Part shown: piece by piece, positions 1 to 8,991 of the stretch
Position numbering within the stretch: position 1 is the stretch's first letter
Layout of the letters: the number at the start of each line of letters is the position of its first letter
NCBI RefSeq assembly: GCF_035309685.1
Contig: NZ_DATGEX010000007.1
Coordinates: forward strand, 14,643 to 78,642
Direction: 5' to 3'
From: Phenylobacterium sp.
Lineage (GTDB): Bacteria > Pseudomonadota > Alphaproteobacteria > Caulobacterales > Caulobacteraceae
DNA length: 64,000 nt
Made by a program: the position numbers and the translations under genes
Notes under the pieces: model-generated
What the model was told of the DNA's origin: nothing
The model's database searches: none
What the model saw: the letters and a program-made list of their open reading frames with translations, nothing else

Positions 1-126
1 AACAACCACATCGGCGACCTCTCGCGGCGCTACCAGGCCTTCCGGCGGGCCCGCGGCGGGGTTGCCGACACGCCGAAGGGCGAGCCCGCCGTAGTGGTGT
101 TCGCCCTGGGCGGCCCGAGGTCCTGA
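1..126 (+). CDS. 3' end of an unidentified CDS entering from upstream (partial)
   Basis: Frame 1 is open from the window edge to TGA at 124-126. Nearly all codons end in G/C, like the real genes here. Too short to assign a family. Confidence 0.4.
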   Translation, partial: NNHIGDLSRRYQAFRRARGGVADTPKGEPAVVVFALGGPRS

Positions 127-232
127 CGGCCTTCCGCGATCCGGCGGTTCCCCTCGAAAGCAAGATCGCGCAGATTGGGCGGGCAGCGTAAGAGGTTGGC
201 CTCGCTACGGCCTTTGCTTGAGGGGTGAGTTG

Positions 233-541
233 ATGGATCTGAAGCCCGGATCGCGCTGGAAGAGCGCGGTCTGCGACACCGAAGTGGTGCTCGTCCGCCC
301 GCCGTCGGCGTCGGGCAGCCTGGAGTGCGGCGGCCAGCCGATGCTGCCGCACGCCGCCGAACGGCCGGCCGGGGCGACGATATCGCCCGATCGCGCCGCC
401 GGCAGCCTGCTCGGCAAGCGATATGTGGACGAAGAAACCGGCCTGGAGGCCCTGTGCAGCAAGCCGGGCGCGGGCTCGCTCTCGCTGGACGGCCGGCCGC
501 TGACCATGAAGGAAGCCAAGAAGCTTCCCGCGTCGGACTAG
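233..541 (+). CDS. small conserved-looking hypothetical protein (102 aa)
   Basis: ATG at 233 is preceded by a GAGGGG purine run. GC3 bias is strong. It ends 8 nt before the acyl-CoA synthetase start. The ORF track's 218 start is a TTG. No family recognised. Confidence 0.55.
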   Translation: MDLKPGSRWKSAVCDTEVVLVRPPSASGSLECGGQPMLPHAAERPAGATISPDRAAGSLLGKRYVDEETGLEALCSKPGAGSLSLDGRPLTMKEAKKLPASD

Positions 542-549
542 GTCTTCTC

Positions 550-2049
550 ATGCACGCCGCGCTGCTTCTCGAGATGGCCGCCGACGCCTTCCCCGACCGC
601 GCCGCGCTGGGCCCCCGCGCCGCGCCGGTCAGCTTCGCCGAGCTGCAGGCCCGCGCCCGCGGCGGCGCGGCCTGGCTCGCCGATGAGGGCGAGGGCAGCG
701 TGGTCTGGCTGGGCCTGAACGGGCCGACCCTGCCGGTGGCCCTGTTCGCGAGCGGCGTGCTCGGCCGCCCCTTCGCGCCGCTGAACTATCGCCTGCCGGA
801 CGACGACCTCAGGCGCCTCGCGGCCCGCACCGCGCCGTCGGTCGCCATCGCCGACGACGACATGCTGGCGCGGATCTCCGGCATCCCCGGCGTGATCGCC
901 GTCGCCCACAGCGCCTTCGACGCGGCCTGCCTCGACCCGGCGAACCGCGCCGTGGAGCCGCCGTTCGTCGACCCCGACATCGCGGTCCTGCTGTTCACCA
1001 GCGGCACCACCGGCGAGCCCAAGGCCGCGGTCCTGCGGCATCGACACCTCGCGTCCTACGTCATCTCCACAGTCGAGTTCATGGGCGCGGAGGAGGACGA
1101 GGCGGCTCTGGTCAGCGTGCCGCCCTACCACATCGCCGGCGTCTCGGCGGTGCTGACCAGCATCTATGGCGGGCGGCGGCTCGTGCACCTGGCGGCCTTC
1201 ACGCCGGAGGCCTGGGTCGAGACCGCCGCGGCGGAAGAGATCACCCACGCCATGCTGGTGCCGACCATGCTCGGCCGCGTGCTGGACGTGCTGGAGGCCA
1301 AGGGCGAGCGCCTGCCACGCCTGCGGGCGCTCTCCTATGGCGGCGGCCGCATGCCGGCGGCGGTGATCGAGCGCGCGCTGAAGCTTCTGCCGCAGGTGAA
1401 TTTCGTGAACGCCTACGGCTTGACCGAGACCAGCTCGACCATCTCGGTGCTGGGCCCCGACGACCACCGCGTCGCCATCGCCTCCGACGATCCCGATGTC
1501 CGCCGCCGGCTGGGTTCGGTCGGGCGGGTGCTGCCGGGTCTGGAGCTGGAGATCCGCGGGCCGTCGGGCGAGGTCATACCCACCGGCTCGGCGGGCGAGG
1601 TCTATGTGCGCGGCGAACAGGTGGCCGGCGAGTATCTCGGCAAGAGCCTGCTCGACGCCGACGGCTGGTTCCCGACCAACGACCAGGGCTGGCTGGACGC
1701 CGAAGGCTTCCTCTTCGTCGAGGGCCGGCTGGACGATGTGATCGTGCGCGGCGGCGAGAACATCTCGCCGGGCGAGATCGAGGACGTCTTGCGCGCCCAT
1801 CCGCAGGTCGCCGACGTGGCGGTGGTCGGCGCGCCGGACGACCAGTGGGGCGAGCGGGTCGCGGCCTTCGTGGTACCGAAGGGCGATGCCCCCACGGCCG
1901 ATGAGCTCAGCGCTTGGGTGAAGGCGCGCCTGCGGTCCACCAAGACCCCGGAGAGCTACGACTTCCGCGCCGAGCTGCCCTACAACGAGACCGGCAAGCT
2001 GTTGCGCCGCGTACTGAAGCAGGAGCTGGCCGCCCGCACGGCGGCCTGA
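550..2049 (+). CDS. AMP-forming acyl-CoA synthetase / fatty-acid-CoA ligase family
   Basis: AMP-binding signature LLFTSGTTGEPKA, YGLTET, and GWLDAEGFLFVEGRLDDVIVRGGENISPGEIE. I chose the in-frame ATG at 550 (MHAALLLEMAAD...) because the longer ORF start at 325 overlaps the small upstream gene and is Arg-rich. Confidence 0.9.
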   Translation: MHAALLLEMAADAFPDRAALGPRAAPVSFAELQARARGGAAWLADEGEGSVVWLGLNGPTLPVALFASGVLGRPFAPLNYRLPDDDLRRLAARTAPSVAIADDDMLARISGIPGVIAVAHSAFDAACLDPANRAVEPPFVDPDIAVLLFTSGTTGEPKAAVLRHRHLASYVISTVEFMGAEEDEAALVSVPPYHIAGVSAVLTSIYGGRRLVHLAAFTPEAWVETAAAEEITHAMLVPTMLGRVLDVLEAKGERLPRLRALSYGGGRMPAAVIERALKLLPQVNFVNAYGLTETSSTISVLGPDDHRVAIASDDPDVRRRLGSVGRVLPGLELEIRGPSGEVIPTGSAGEVYVRGEQVAGEYLGKSLLDADGWFPTNDQGWLDAEGFLFVEGRLDDVIVRGGENISPGEIEDVLRAHPQVADVAVVGAPDDQWGERVAAFVVPKGDAPTADELSAWVKARLRSTKTPESYDFRAELPYNETGKLLRRVLKQELAARTAA

Positions 2050-2058
2050 GGCCCGCCG

Positions 2059-3000
2059 GTGCGCGCGACCGGCGCCGACTGGGAGATCGTCGAGCTCGCG
2101 GACGGCGCGCTTCGCCTCGGCGTCCATCGCGCGGGACCACGCCCGACGCCCAGCGGCGCCGACATCGCGCTCACCGCCGACCCCGATCCGCCGGCGCCCT
2201 GGGTCGGGGTCAAGGCGGCCGATCTCGACGCCCAGGTCGACGAGCTTTCCGCAGCGGCCGTCGCCCGGCCGATCGCTACAGCGGTCCTGATCCAGGTGCT
2301 GCGGATGTCGCTGGCCCTGCCGTTCGAGGACGCCCTGGTGGCGGAGTCGCTGGCCTATTCGACCCTGCTCGGCGGCGCGGAGTTCGCCGCCTGGCGCGCG
2401 GCGACGCCGGTCCGCGCGAGGCCCCGAGCCGCCGGCCTGGCCGCCGATGCGCCCTGGGTCCGCCTGGCGCGCGGCGAGGACGGGCTGATGGTGACGCTGG
2501 CGCGCGCCGAGGCGCGCAACGCGGTCAACGCGCGGCTGCGCGACGAACTGGTCGAGGCGCTGGAGTTCGCGCTGGTCGATCCCGACGCTGGCCCCGTGAT
2601 CCTGGCCGGCCAGGGTCCGGCGTTCAGCGCCGGCGGCGACCTCAACGAGTTTGGCCAGGCGACCGACCTGGCGCTCGCTCACGCCGTCCGCGTGCAGCAA
2701 TCGCCGGCCCGCCTGGCGCACGCGCTGGGTGGGCGGCTGACCGCGCGGCTGCACGGCCCCTGCATCGGCGCGGGCATCGAGATCCCGGCCGGGGCGGCTC
2801 GCGTCACAGCCACGCGGGACGCGTGGTTTCGATTGCCGGAAGTGTCGATGGGCCTGATCCCGGGGGCCGGTGGCACGGCGACGATCCCGCGCCGTATCGG
2901 GCGCGAGCGGTGCGGCTACATGGCGCTTAGCGGCCGCGCTATCGACGCCGCCACCGCGCTGGCCTGGGGCCTGGTCGACGCCATCGAGGCCAAGGCGTGA
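2059..3000 (+). CDS. enoyl-CoA hydratase/isomerase (crotonase) family protein
   Basis: Crotonase motifs AGQGPAFSAGGDLNEF and GPCIGAGIEI. GTG start 9 nt after the previous stop. Confidence 0.85.
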   Translation: MRATGADWEIVELADGALRLGVHRAGPRPTPSGADIALTADPDPPAPWVGVKAADLDAQVDELSAAAVARPIATAVLIQVLRMSLALPFEDALVAESLAYSTLLGGAEFAAWRAATPVRARPRAAGLAADAPWVRLARGEDGLMVTLARAEARNAVNARLRDELVEALEFALVDPDAGPVILAGQGPAFSAGGDLNEFGQATDLALAHAVRVQQSPARLAHALGGRLTARLHGPCIGAGIEIPAGAARVTATRDAWFRLPEVSMGLIPGAGGTATIPRRIGRERCGYMALSGRAIDAATALAWGLVDAIEAKA

Positions 3001-4022
3001 GCGCGCTCGCCGCCGCGGTGCGCCGCTTCGGCCAGCAGATCGCGGCCGGTTCGGCGGCGCTGGGGACCCGCGTCGAGGTGAGTGAGGCGGTGCTGGACGC
3101 CCGCGCCCCCTGGATGACCCTGGCGACGCCCGGCGAGCGCTCCCCCAACGGCAGCTGCCGCATGGTGCGCGCCGCCGACGGCTGGATCGCGGTCAACCTG
3201 CCGCGCGAGGACGATCGCGCGGCGGTCCCGGCTTGGATTGGCTGTGGCCTGGATGATGAGCCGTGGGCGGCGATCAAGGCGGCGGCCCGGACCCGACCCG
3301 CCGTGCGCCTGGCCGAGGACGCACAGCGCCTGGGCCTGCCGGTCGCGGTCGTCGGCGCGGTTCGGGCCGCCGGCGCCGACGCGCCGTTCCGCCGGTCCGG
3401 CGCAGGTGCGACCCAGCCGGGGTCGCGGCGGCTGCGGGTCATCGACCTCTCGAGCCTCTGGGCCGGCCCGCTCTGCGGCGCGTTGCTGGCGCGGGCCGGA
3501 TGCGCTGTCCGCAAGATCGAGAGCGCCGCGCGGCCCGACGTCGCGCGGCTCTCGACCCCCGGCTTCTTCGCCGAGCTGAACAGCGGCAAAGGCCAGCTTG
3601 CCCTCGACTTCTCCGATCCGAACGACCTTGACCGGCTGAGGCAAGAGATCGGCCGGGCCGATGTCCTGATCACCAGCGCCCGGCCACGCGCCTTCGACCA
3701 GCTCGGCCTTCCGCCGGAGGCTGTGTTCGCGGCCAATCCCGGTCTCGTCTGGACGGCGATCACTGGCTACGGCTGGGAGGGGCCGCTGAGCCATCGCGTG
3801 GCCTTCGGCGACGACGCCGCCGCGGCCGGAGGCCTGGTCCGCTGGCGCGACGGACGGCCGGAGTTCATGGGCGACGCGCTCGCCGACCCTCTGACCGGAC
3901 TCGCCGCGGCGGCCGGGACGCTCAAGGCGCTCGCCCAGGGCGGTGGCGGACTGGTCGACGTGGCCATGGCGCGGACCGCTGCGGGCGTGGCCGCTCGGGT
4001 TGGACTGGAGGCCGCGGTATGA
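2997..4022 (+). CDS. family III CoA-transferase (CaiB/BaiF-like)
   Basis: RVIDLSSLWAGPLCGALLARAGCAVRKIES matches the N-terminal Rossmann motif of the family. GTGA start/stop overlap with the crotonase gene. Confidence 0.8.
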   Translation: MSALAAAVRRFGQQIAAGSAALGTRVEVSEAVLDARAPWMTLATPGERSPNGSCRMVRAADGWIAVNLPREDDRAAVPAWIGCGLDDEPWAAIKAAARTRPAVRLAEDAQRLGLPVAVVGAVRAAGADAPFRRSGAGATQPGSRRLRVIDLSSLWAGPLCGALLARAGCAVRKIESAARPDVARLSTPGFFAELNSGKGQLALDFSDPNDLDRLRQEIGRADVLITSARPRAFDQLGLPPEAVFAANPGLVWTAITGYGWEGPLSHRVAFGDDAAAAGGLVRWRDGRPEFMGDALADPLTGLAAAAGTLKALAQGGGGLVDVAMARTAAGVAARVGLEAAV

Positions 4023-5431
4023 GCGGGCGGCTCACCCTGCGCAATGTCGAGGTGGAGGGCGTCGGCGGTCTGGACGTGCGGCTCGATGGCGGCCGGATCG
4101 CAGCGATCGGGCGCAGCCTGGCGGGCGGCGGGCCCGAGCTCGACGGCGCTGGCGGGGGGCTGATCCCGGGCCTGATCGATCATCACGTTCACCTGCTGGC
4201 GCTGGCGGCGCAGGCGGACTCCATCGCGCTCGACACGGCCCAAGCCGCCGCCGACCTGGCCCAGCGGATCGGCGCGGCAGCGGCTGGGCGGGCGCCGGGC
4301 GCCTGGCTGCGGGCCACCGGCTATCACGAGCGTGTCGCGGGCGTCTTGGGCGCCGCAGAACTCGACCGGCTGGCGCCTGGTCATGCGCTGCGGGTGCAGC
4401 ACCGCAGCGGCGCGCTCTGGATGCTGAACAGCCTGGCTCTGGAGCGCGTTCTGGGCGCCGAACCGCCGCCGCCCTGCGTCGAGATCGACGAAGCCGGGCG
4501 GCCCACCGGACGCATCTGGCGCGGCGACGACTGGTTGCGCACCCGCATCGGCTCAGCCCCGCCGCCGCTCGCGCCGATCGGCCGGGTTTTCGCGGCCTGT
4601 GGAGTCACTGGCCTGACCGACGCCAGCGCCACCACCGACGCCGCCGCAGCCGATCTGCTGGCCGCCGCGCGCCGGGCCGGCGCCTTGCCGCAGCGGCTGA
4701 TGCTGATGAGCGCCGGCGAACTCTGCGCCCAGCCCGGCGTGATGGTGGGGCCGGTGAAGGTGCTGCTGGACGAGCACGACCTGCCGGACCTCGACGACCT
4801 GACCGCCCGCATCGGCCTGGCGCGCCGCTGGGGCCGGCGCGTCGCGATCCACTGCGTCACCGCCGTGGAGCTGGCGGTCTCGCTGGCGGCGTTCGAGGCG
4901 GCCGGCGCGGCGCCGGGCGACCGGATCGAGCATGGCGGGCTCATCCCGGAGGCCGCGATCGGGTCCCTCAAGGCGCTCGGGCTGACGGTTGTCACCCAGC
5001 CGGGCTTCATACTCGAACGCGGCGACCGCTATTTGGCCGAGGTCGCCGCCGCCGACCAGGACAGCCTCTACCGCATCGACAGCCTGCTTGGCGCCGGCGT
5101 GTCCGTGGCCGGCAGTTCCGACGCCCCCTATTCGAGCCCCGATCCCTGGCTCGCCATCGCCGCGGCGACCGCGCGGCGAACGCGCCTAGGCCAGACGGTC
5201 GGCGCGGGCGAGGGCGTAGCTCCTGCTCGCGCACTGGGGCTTTGGCTGGGCGGTTTCGAGGATCCAGGCGGTCCACCGCGCCGCGTGGCGGTCGGCGCAG
5301 CGGCGGACCTCTGCCTCTTGACGACGCCCCTGGCGCAGGCGCTCGTCGAGCCCGACGCGGAGCGGGTCGCCGCAACCCTGGTCGGCGGCGAAGTGGTCTA
5401 TGAGCGCGGGTCCGAGCGGCCCGCCGCCTAG
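4019..5431 (+). CDS. metal-dependent amidohydrolase (Amidohydro_3 / YtcJ-like)
   Basis: GLIDHHVHL metal-binding HxH near the N-terminus and GSSDAPYSSPDP near the C-terminus. ATGA overlap with the CoA-transferase gene. Confidence 0.8.
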   Translation: MSGRLTLRNVEVEGVGGLDVRLDGGRIAAIGRSLAGGGPELDGAGGGLIPGLIDHHVHLLALAAQADSIALDTAQAAADLAQRIGAAAAGRAPGAWLRATGYHERVAGVLGAAELDRLAPGHALRVQHRSGALWMLNSLALERVLGAEPPPPCVEIDEAGRPTGRIWRGDDWLRTRIGSAPPPLAPIGRVFAACGVTGLTDASATTDAAAADLLAAARRAGALPQRLMLMSAGELCAQPGVMVGPVKVLLDEHDLPDLDDLTARIGLARRWGRRVAIHCVTAVELAVSLAAFEAAGAAPGDRIEHGGLIPEAAIGSLKALGLTVVTQPGFILERGDRYLAEVAAADQDSLYRIDSLLGAGVSVAGSSDAPYSSPDPWLAIAAATARRTRLGQTVGAGEGVAPARALGLWLGGFEDPGGPPRRVAVGAAADLCLLTTPLAQALVEPDAERVAATLVGGEVVYERGSERPAA

Positions 5432-7371
5432 CCCTTGGCGCGGGCGCCCTTGGGCGGCGTGAACCAGATCGGCGAGGTCCAGGCGCGCTCCTGGATGGTC
5501 GCGGGCGCCTTGTCCGGGATCGGCAGGTGGTTGGCGATCGCCAGATAGGTCGTCCAGCGCGGCGTCGGGATTTCCAGCACCCGGGCGTAATAGACCGCGG
5601 CCACATGCGGATCGAAGCTCGGGTCGCGCCACACCGCGTTCAGCGTCGGCGCGCCGATGGTGTTGGCGTACTTGCCCGTGGTCAGGTCGACGGTATTGCC
5701 CACGGCCGGCGCCTTGCCGGTCTTCGGATCGTCCTTGCGCCCCCCGGAGAGCGCCACGTCGAAGACCGCCTCCTTGTAGGCCTTCCCATCCAGCCAGATC
5801 TTGATGACCTGGATGCGGTCGAGGTTGGCGCCGTCCGGGTCCTTCATGGCCTGCAGCACGAAGCTGGGCGCGCCGCTCTTCGCGGTCGGCAGGTCGGAGC
5901 CCATGGCCACGCCCTGCGCATAGGCGGTCTTCACCCAGTCGGCCTTCTTCAGCAGGTCCGGCGCGAAGCCGAAGCCGCCGAACATGCGCAGCCGGATGCG
6001 GGTGCCGGTGGTCGCGAAGGTCTCCTTGCGCTTCAGCGCCGCGAAGATCGAGCCGCGGGTGTTCTCCTCCGCCCAGACGCCGGTGATCGCCGCGCCGGCG
6101 AACTGCAGCGGCTCGTTCTCCGCCTGGCCGTTGGGCCGCACGCGGGTCTCGCCCTCGGCCTCGTTCATACCGAGCGCCACGCGCGCGGCCTGGCCCTTGG
6201 GCAGCATGGTGTTGCGATCGAGGCCGCTGATCCGTCCCGCGAAGGCGTTCTCGTCGCTGACGGAGAGGCCATTGTGGATGTCCGACGCGCCGACGACGCC
6301 CATCTTGAAGGGATTGGCGCCCACCTGGCTCTGGATCACCAGGCCCCGACCATAGGCCTCGCGCACGTAGGAGCCGTGCAGCACCGACTTGGTCTCGCCG
6401 CGATAGAGCCGGTCCATGATCTCGAAGTTGGCGAACTCGTCGTTCGGCGACAGTTCCGGGGCGGTGTCGGAGGAGCCTTTGGTCTGGCTGATCTCCACCA
6501 GCGGCTCGTTCAGGGCGCGGGCCTGGGCGTAGGCCTCGTCTATGGGGCGGCCGTCCGACATGTTCCAGTCGAAGTCGCGCCCGTCGCTGAGGTTCGAATT
6601 GTGCGGTATCGCCAGCACGTCGATCCCCTGCTTGCGCACGGCCTCCAGATATTTCCACAGGTCCTCGGGATGGTTGGAATCCACCGAGGTGAAGGGGTTG
6701 GGCGCGTGATCGGAATTGAAGATCACGTTGCGGTGCATGTGGATGCCCTGGCCCGGCGAGGCGGTCCATTCGTAGGCGACGAAGGTGGTGAACTTGCCGG
6801 GCTGATAGTTGGCGTTGGCGGCCTTCATCTCGACGTTCCAGCCGTCTGCGGCCTGGGCCGCGGCGGTCATGTCGCGGGTGTCCTGGGTGTCGCCGCCGCG
6901 CATGGCCTCGCCGGCCCGCAGGAACGCGCGCTGGCCGCCGCCGCCGACCTGCTTGGCGATGGAGGTCTGGGAGAAGGGGCTGCCTGGGATGTCGAGCTGG
7001 GTCATGGCGCCCAGGTATTCGGAGTGGTCGGTGACGGCGGTGAAGTCGAGCGGCCAGGCGCGCTTCGCCGGGACGGCGCCGGCCGGATTGAGGCCCTGCT
7101 GTTTGGCCACCTGGACGGCGGGCACCATCACGGTCTCGCCGCGGGCGAACTTGTAGGCCTGGTCCGGCGTCACCTTGGTGCCAAAGGTCCAGGCGTCGAA
7201 GGACATCACCGTGTGCAGGTGCAGTTCCCCGAAAAAGGCGCGCCGCGCGGCCGGCTCGGTCTTGGCGGCGGCTGGGGCAGGCGGCGGCTTGGCCGGCATG
7301 TCTGTGGAGGCCGCGGTGGCGGCGCCGGCGGCGACGATGGCGGTGGTAAGCAACAGCGCGCGCAGATGCAT
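5428..7371 (-). CDS. exported DUF3604-family protein (PHP-like metal-dependent enzyme of unknown function)
   Basis: Signal peptide MHLRALLLTTAIVAAGAATAAS, then FFGELHLHTVMSFDAW, typical of DUF3604. ATG at 7371 chosen over the longer 7434 start. Confidence 0.75.
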   Translation of the reverse strand: MHLRALLLTTAIVAAGAATAASTDMPAKPPPAPAAAKTEPAARRAFFGELHLHTVMSFDAWTFGTKVTPDQAYKFARGETVMVPAVQVAKQQGLNPAGAVPAKRAWPLDFTAVTDHSEYLGAMTQLDIPGSPFSQTSIAKQVGGGGQRAFLRAGEAMRGGDTQDTRDMTAAAQAADGWNVEMKAANANYQPGKFTTFVAYEWTASPGQGIHMHRNVIFNSDHAPNPFTSVDSNHPEDLWKYLEAVRKQGIDVLAIPHNSNLSDGRDFDWNMSDGRPIDEAYAQARALNEPLVEISQTKGSSDTAPELSPNDEFANFEIMDRLYRGETKSVLHGSYVREAYGRGLVIQSQVGANPFKMGVVGASDIHNGLSVSDENAFAGRISGLDRNTMLPKGQAARVALGMNEAEGETRVRPNGQAENEPLQFAGAAITGVWAEENTRGSIFAALKRKETFATTGTRIRLRMFGGFGFAPDLLKKADWVKTAYAQGVAMGSDLPTAKSGAPSFVLQAMKDPDGANLDRIQVIKIWLDGKAYKEAVFDVALSGGRKDDPKTGKAPAVGNTVDLTTGKYANTIGAPTLNAVWRDPSFDPHVAAVYYARVLEIPTPRWTTYLAIANHLPIPDKAPATIQERAWTSPIWFTPPKGARAKG

Positions 7372-7470
7372 CTGAATCTCGCCCCATGTCAGGACGGAAA
7401 CCCTAGGCGGCGGGCCTGGAAGGCGACAGCGCAATCGTCCATCAGTTCCGGATGGCGGAATCCGGCGGCG

Positions 7471-8454
7471 TCAGGATTTGCCCGGAACCTCCACATGGCC
7501 GCCGAAGCCGAAGCGCATGGCTGAGAGCAGTTTTTCGCCGAGCGTGTGCGCCTGGCGCGACCGGAAACGCGCGAAAAGCGACGCGGACAAGACGACGGCG
7601 GGCACGGCTTCCTCGACGGCCGCATCGATCGCCCAGCGGCCCTCGCCGCTGTCATCCACCGCGCCAGTGTAGCCCTCGAGCCGGGAATCTCCGGCCAGGG
7701 CCTGGGCGGTGAGGTCCAGCAGCCACGAGGAGATCACACTGCCCCGCCGCCACACCTCGGCGATGTCGGTCAGGTTGAGATCGAAGCGTTCAGCTTCCGG
7801 CAGGTTCGGCGAGTTCTTGCCGGCGAGGATGTCGAAGCCCTCGGCATAGGCCTGCATCAGACCGTATTCGATGCCGTTGTGGATCATCTTGACGAAATGG
7901 CCCGCGCCCACCGGGCCGGCGTGAATATAGCCCTCGATGGCCCTGGGGTCCGCGCCGTCCGGTCGGCGGGTGAGCGGGATATCGCCCGCGCCAGGCGCCA
8001 GGGTCTTCAGGATCGGGTCGAGCCGTTCGACGCTCGCCTTGTCGCCGCCGATCATCATGCAGTAGCCGCGTTCGAGGCCCCAGACGCCGCCGGAGGTGCC
8101 GACGTCCATGTAGGTGACGCCGCTGGGCGCCAGCGCCTGCGCGCGGCGGATGTCGTCCTTGTAGAAGCTGTTGCCGCCGTCGATGATCGTGTCGCCCGCC
8201 TGCATCAGCTTGCCGAGCGCGACGACGGTGTCCTCGGTCGGCGCGCCGGCCGGCAGCATTACCCAGACCGCACGCGGGGCCTGAAGCGCCCGGACCATCT
8301 CCTCAAGGGATTTGACGCCGGTTGCGCCGTCCTGGGCCAGCCCGTCGACGGCCTTGCCGTCGCGGTCATAGACGACGCACGCATGTCCGTTGTTCATCAA
8401 GCGGCGAACGATGTTGCCGCCCATCCGCCCTAGTCCGATGACGCCCAGCTGCAT
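7471..8454 (-). CDS. gnd: 6-phosphogluconate dehydrogenase, decarboxylating, short (YqeC/Gnd-like) form
   Basis: [22 protein letters not shown](P)-binding N-terminus, with family-wide similarity across ~327 aa. GGAGG Shine-Dalgarno 6 nt upstream of the ATG at 8454. Confidence 0.85.
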   Translation of the reverse strand: MQLGVIGLGRMGGNIVRRLMNNGHACVVYDRDGKAVDGLAQDGATGVKSLEEMVRALQAPRAVWVMLPAGAPTEDTVVALGKLMQAGDTIIDGGNSFYKDDIRRAQALAPSGVTYMDVGTSGGVWGLERGYCMMIGGDKASVERLDPILKTLAPGAGDIPLTRRPDGADPRAIEGYIHAGPVGAGHFVKMIHNGIEYGLMQAYAEGFDILAGKNSPNLPEAERFDLNLTDIAEVWRRGSVISSWLLDLTAQALAGDSRLEGYTGAVDDSGEGRWAIDAAVEEAVPAVVLSASLFARFRSRQAHTLGEKLLSAMRFGFGGHVEVPGKS

Positions 8455-8495
8455 GTCGTCCTCCAAAGGAGGCGCCATGCCGGGCGATGCGAGCC

Positions 8496-8882
8496 CTAGG
8501 CGCCGCCGAATCCGAGATAGCCGCGCTCTACCATGCGCCGCATGCCTTCGTAGACGTCGGTCAGTTCTTCATAGACGGTCCGCAGCCGGGTAAGTTCCGC
8601 GAGCTGCTCTGCGGTGATGGACCGGTTGGACTCGCTGAGCGCGATGCCGGTGGCGACCCAGAGCGCGCGGGCCTGGGCAGTGGCCAGGGCCAGGCGTTCG
8701 AACTTCTTGGTGTCGATGCCGGCGAGCGTGGCGCTCATCACCTTCAGATTGGCCGCGTAGCCGATGTAGTCGATCTGCTCGAGATGCCCGCGCAGGGCGC
8801 GCTGGGCCTTCGGATCCATCGCCGCGTCGGGCTCGAAATGGTCCCCGATGATCCTGCGCGTACTGGTCCTGGTCATAGACAT
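8496..8882 (-). CDS. hypothetical protein (128 aa)
   Basis: Strong GC3 bias, co-directional with and 41 nt upstream of gnd. No family recognised. Confidence 0.55.
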   Translation of the reverse strand: MSMTRTSTRRIIGDHFEPDAAMDPKAQRALRGHLEQIDYIGYAANLKVMSATLAGIDTKKFERLALATAQARALWVATGIALSESNRSITAEQLAELTRLRTVYEELTDVYEGMRRMVERGYLGFGGA

Positions 8883-8991
8883 GCCGTGTCTCCCGCCCGA
8901 ATAACCGCTTAGGGGCGCTGCAAACGATTGCGCAGAGCAAGACGCTGAATTGGCTAAGATTCGATTAGGGCTCTTCGCGGAGACGCGCGGG

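Noticed and set aside
325-549. Longer N-terminal extensions offered by the ORF track: 325 for the acyl-CoA synthetase, 14384 for iolC, 16534 for iolD, 18591 for iolE, 25689 for the ABC ATPase, 10353 for the HGSNAT-like gene, 53479 for the esterase and 62460 for the ThDP enzyme.
   Set aside because: The extensions overlap the preceding genes, are Arg/Pro/Gly-rich, and precede internal starts that coincide with the conserved family N-termini. Several of those internal starts have Shine-Dalgarno-like sequences or ATGA/GTGA coupling.
538-2754. Very long ORFs antisense to, or out of frame with, the called genes. Examples: 538-2754(-), 3943-5403(+), 5186-7387(-), 5527-7524(+), 10214-12379(+), 12255-13856(+), 16507-18444(-), 19480-21591(-), 20784-22019(+), 22745-24394(+), 60688-62421(+) and 62418-63818(-).
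   Set aside because: These are typical high-GC artefacts. The products are dominated by Arg/Gly/Ala/Pro and carry no recognisable motifs. Each mirrors an ORF on the other strand or frame that has clear family signatures and G/C-ending codons.
7448-7465. Short hairpins that might be intrinsic terminators: CCGGAT-N6-ATCCGG after gnd (7448-7465) and GGCCTCA-N8-TGAGGCC after the glycosyltransferase gene (33586-33607).
   Set aside because: On the relevant (minus) strand neither is followed by a U-tract. The stems are short, so I cannot support calling them terminators.
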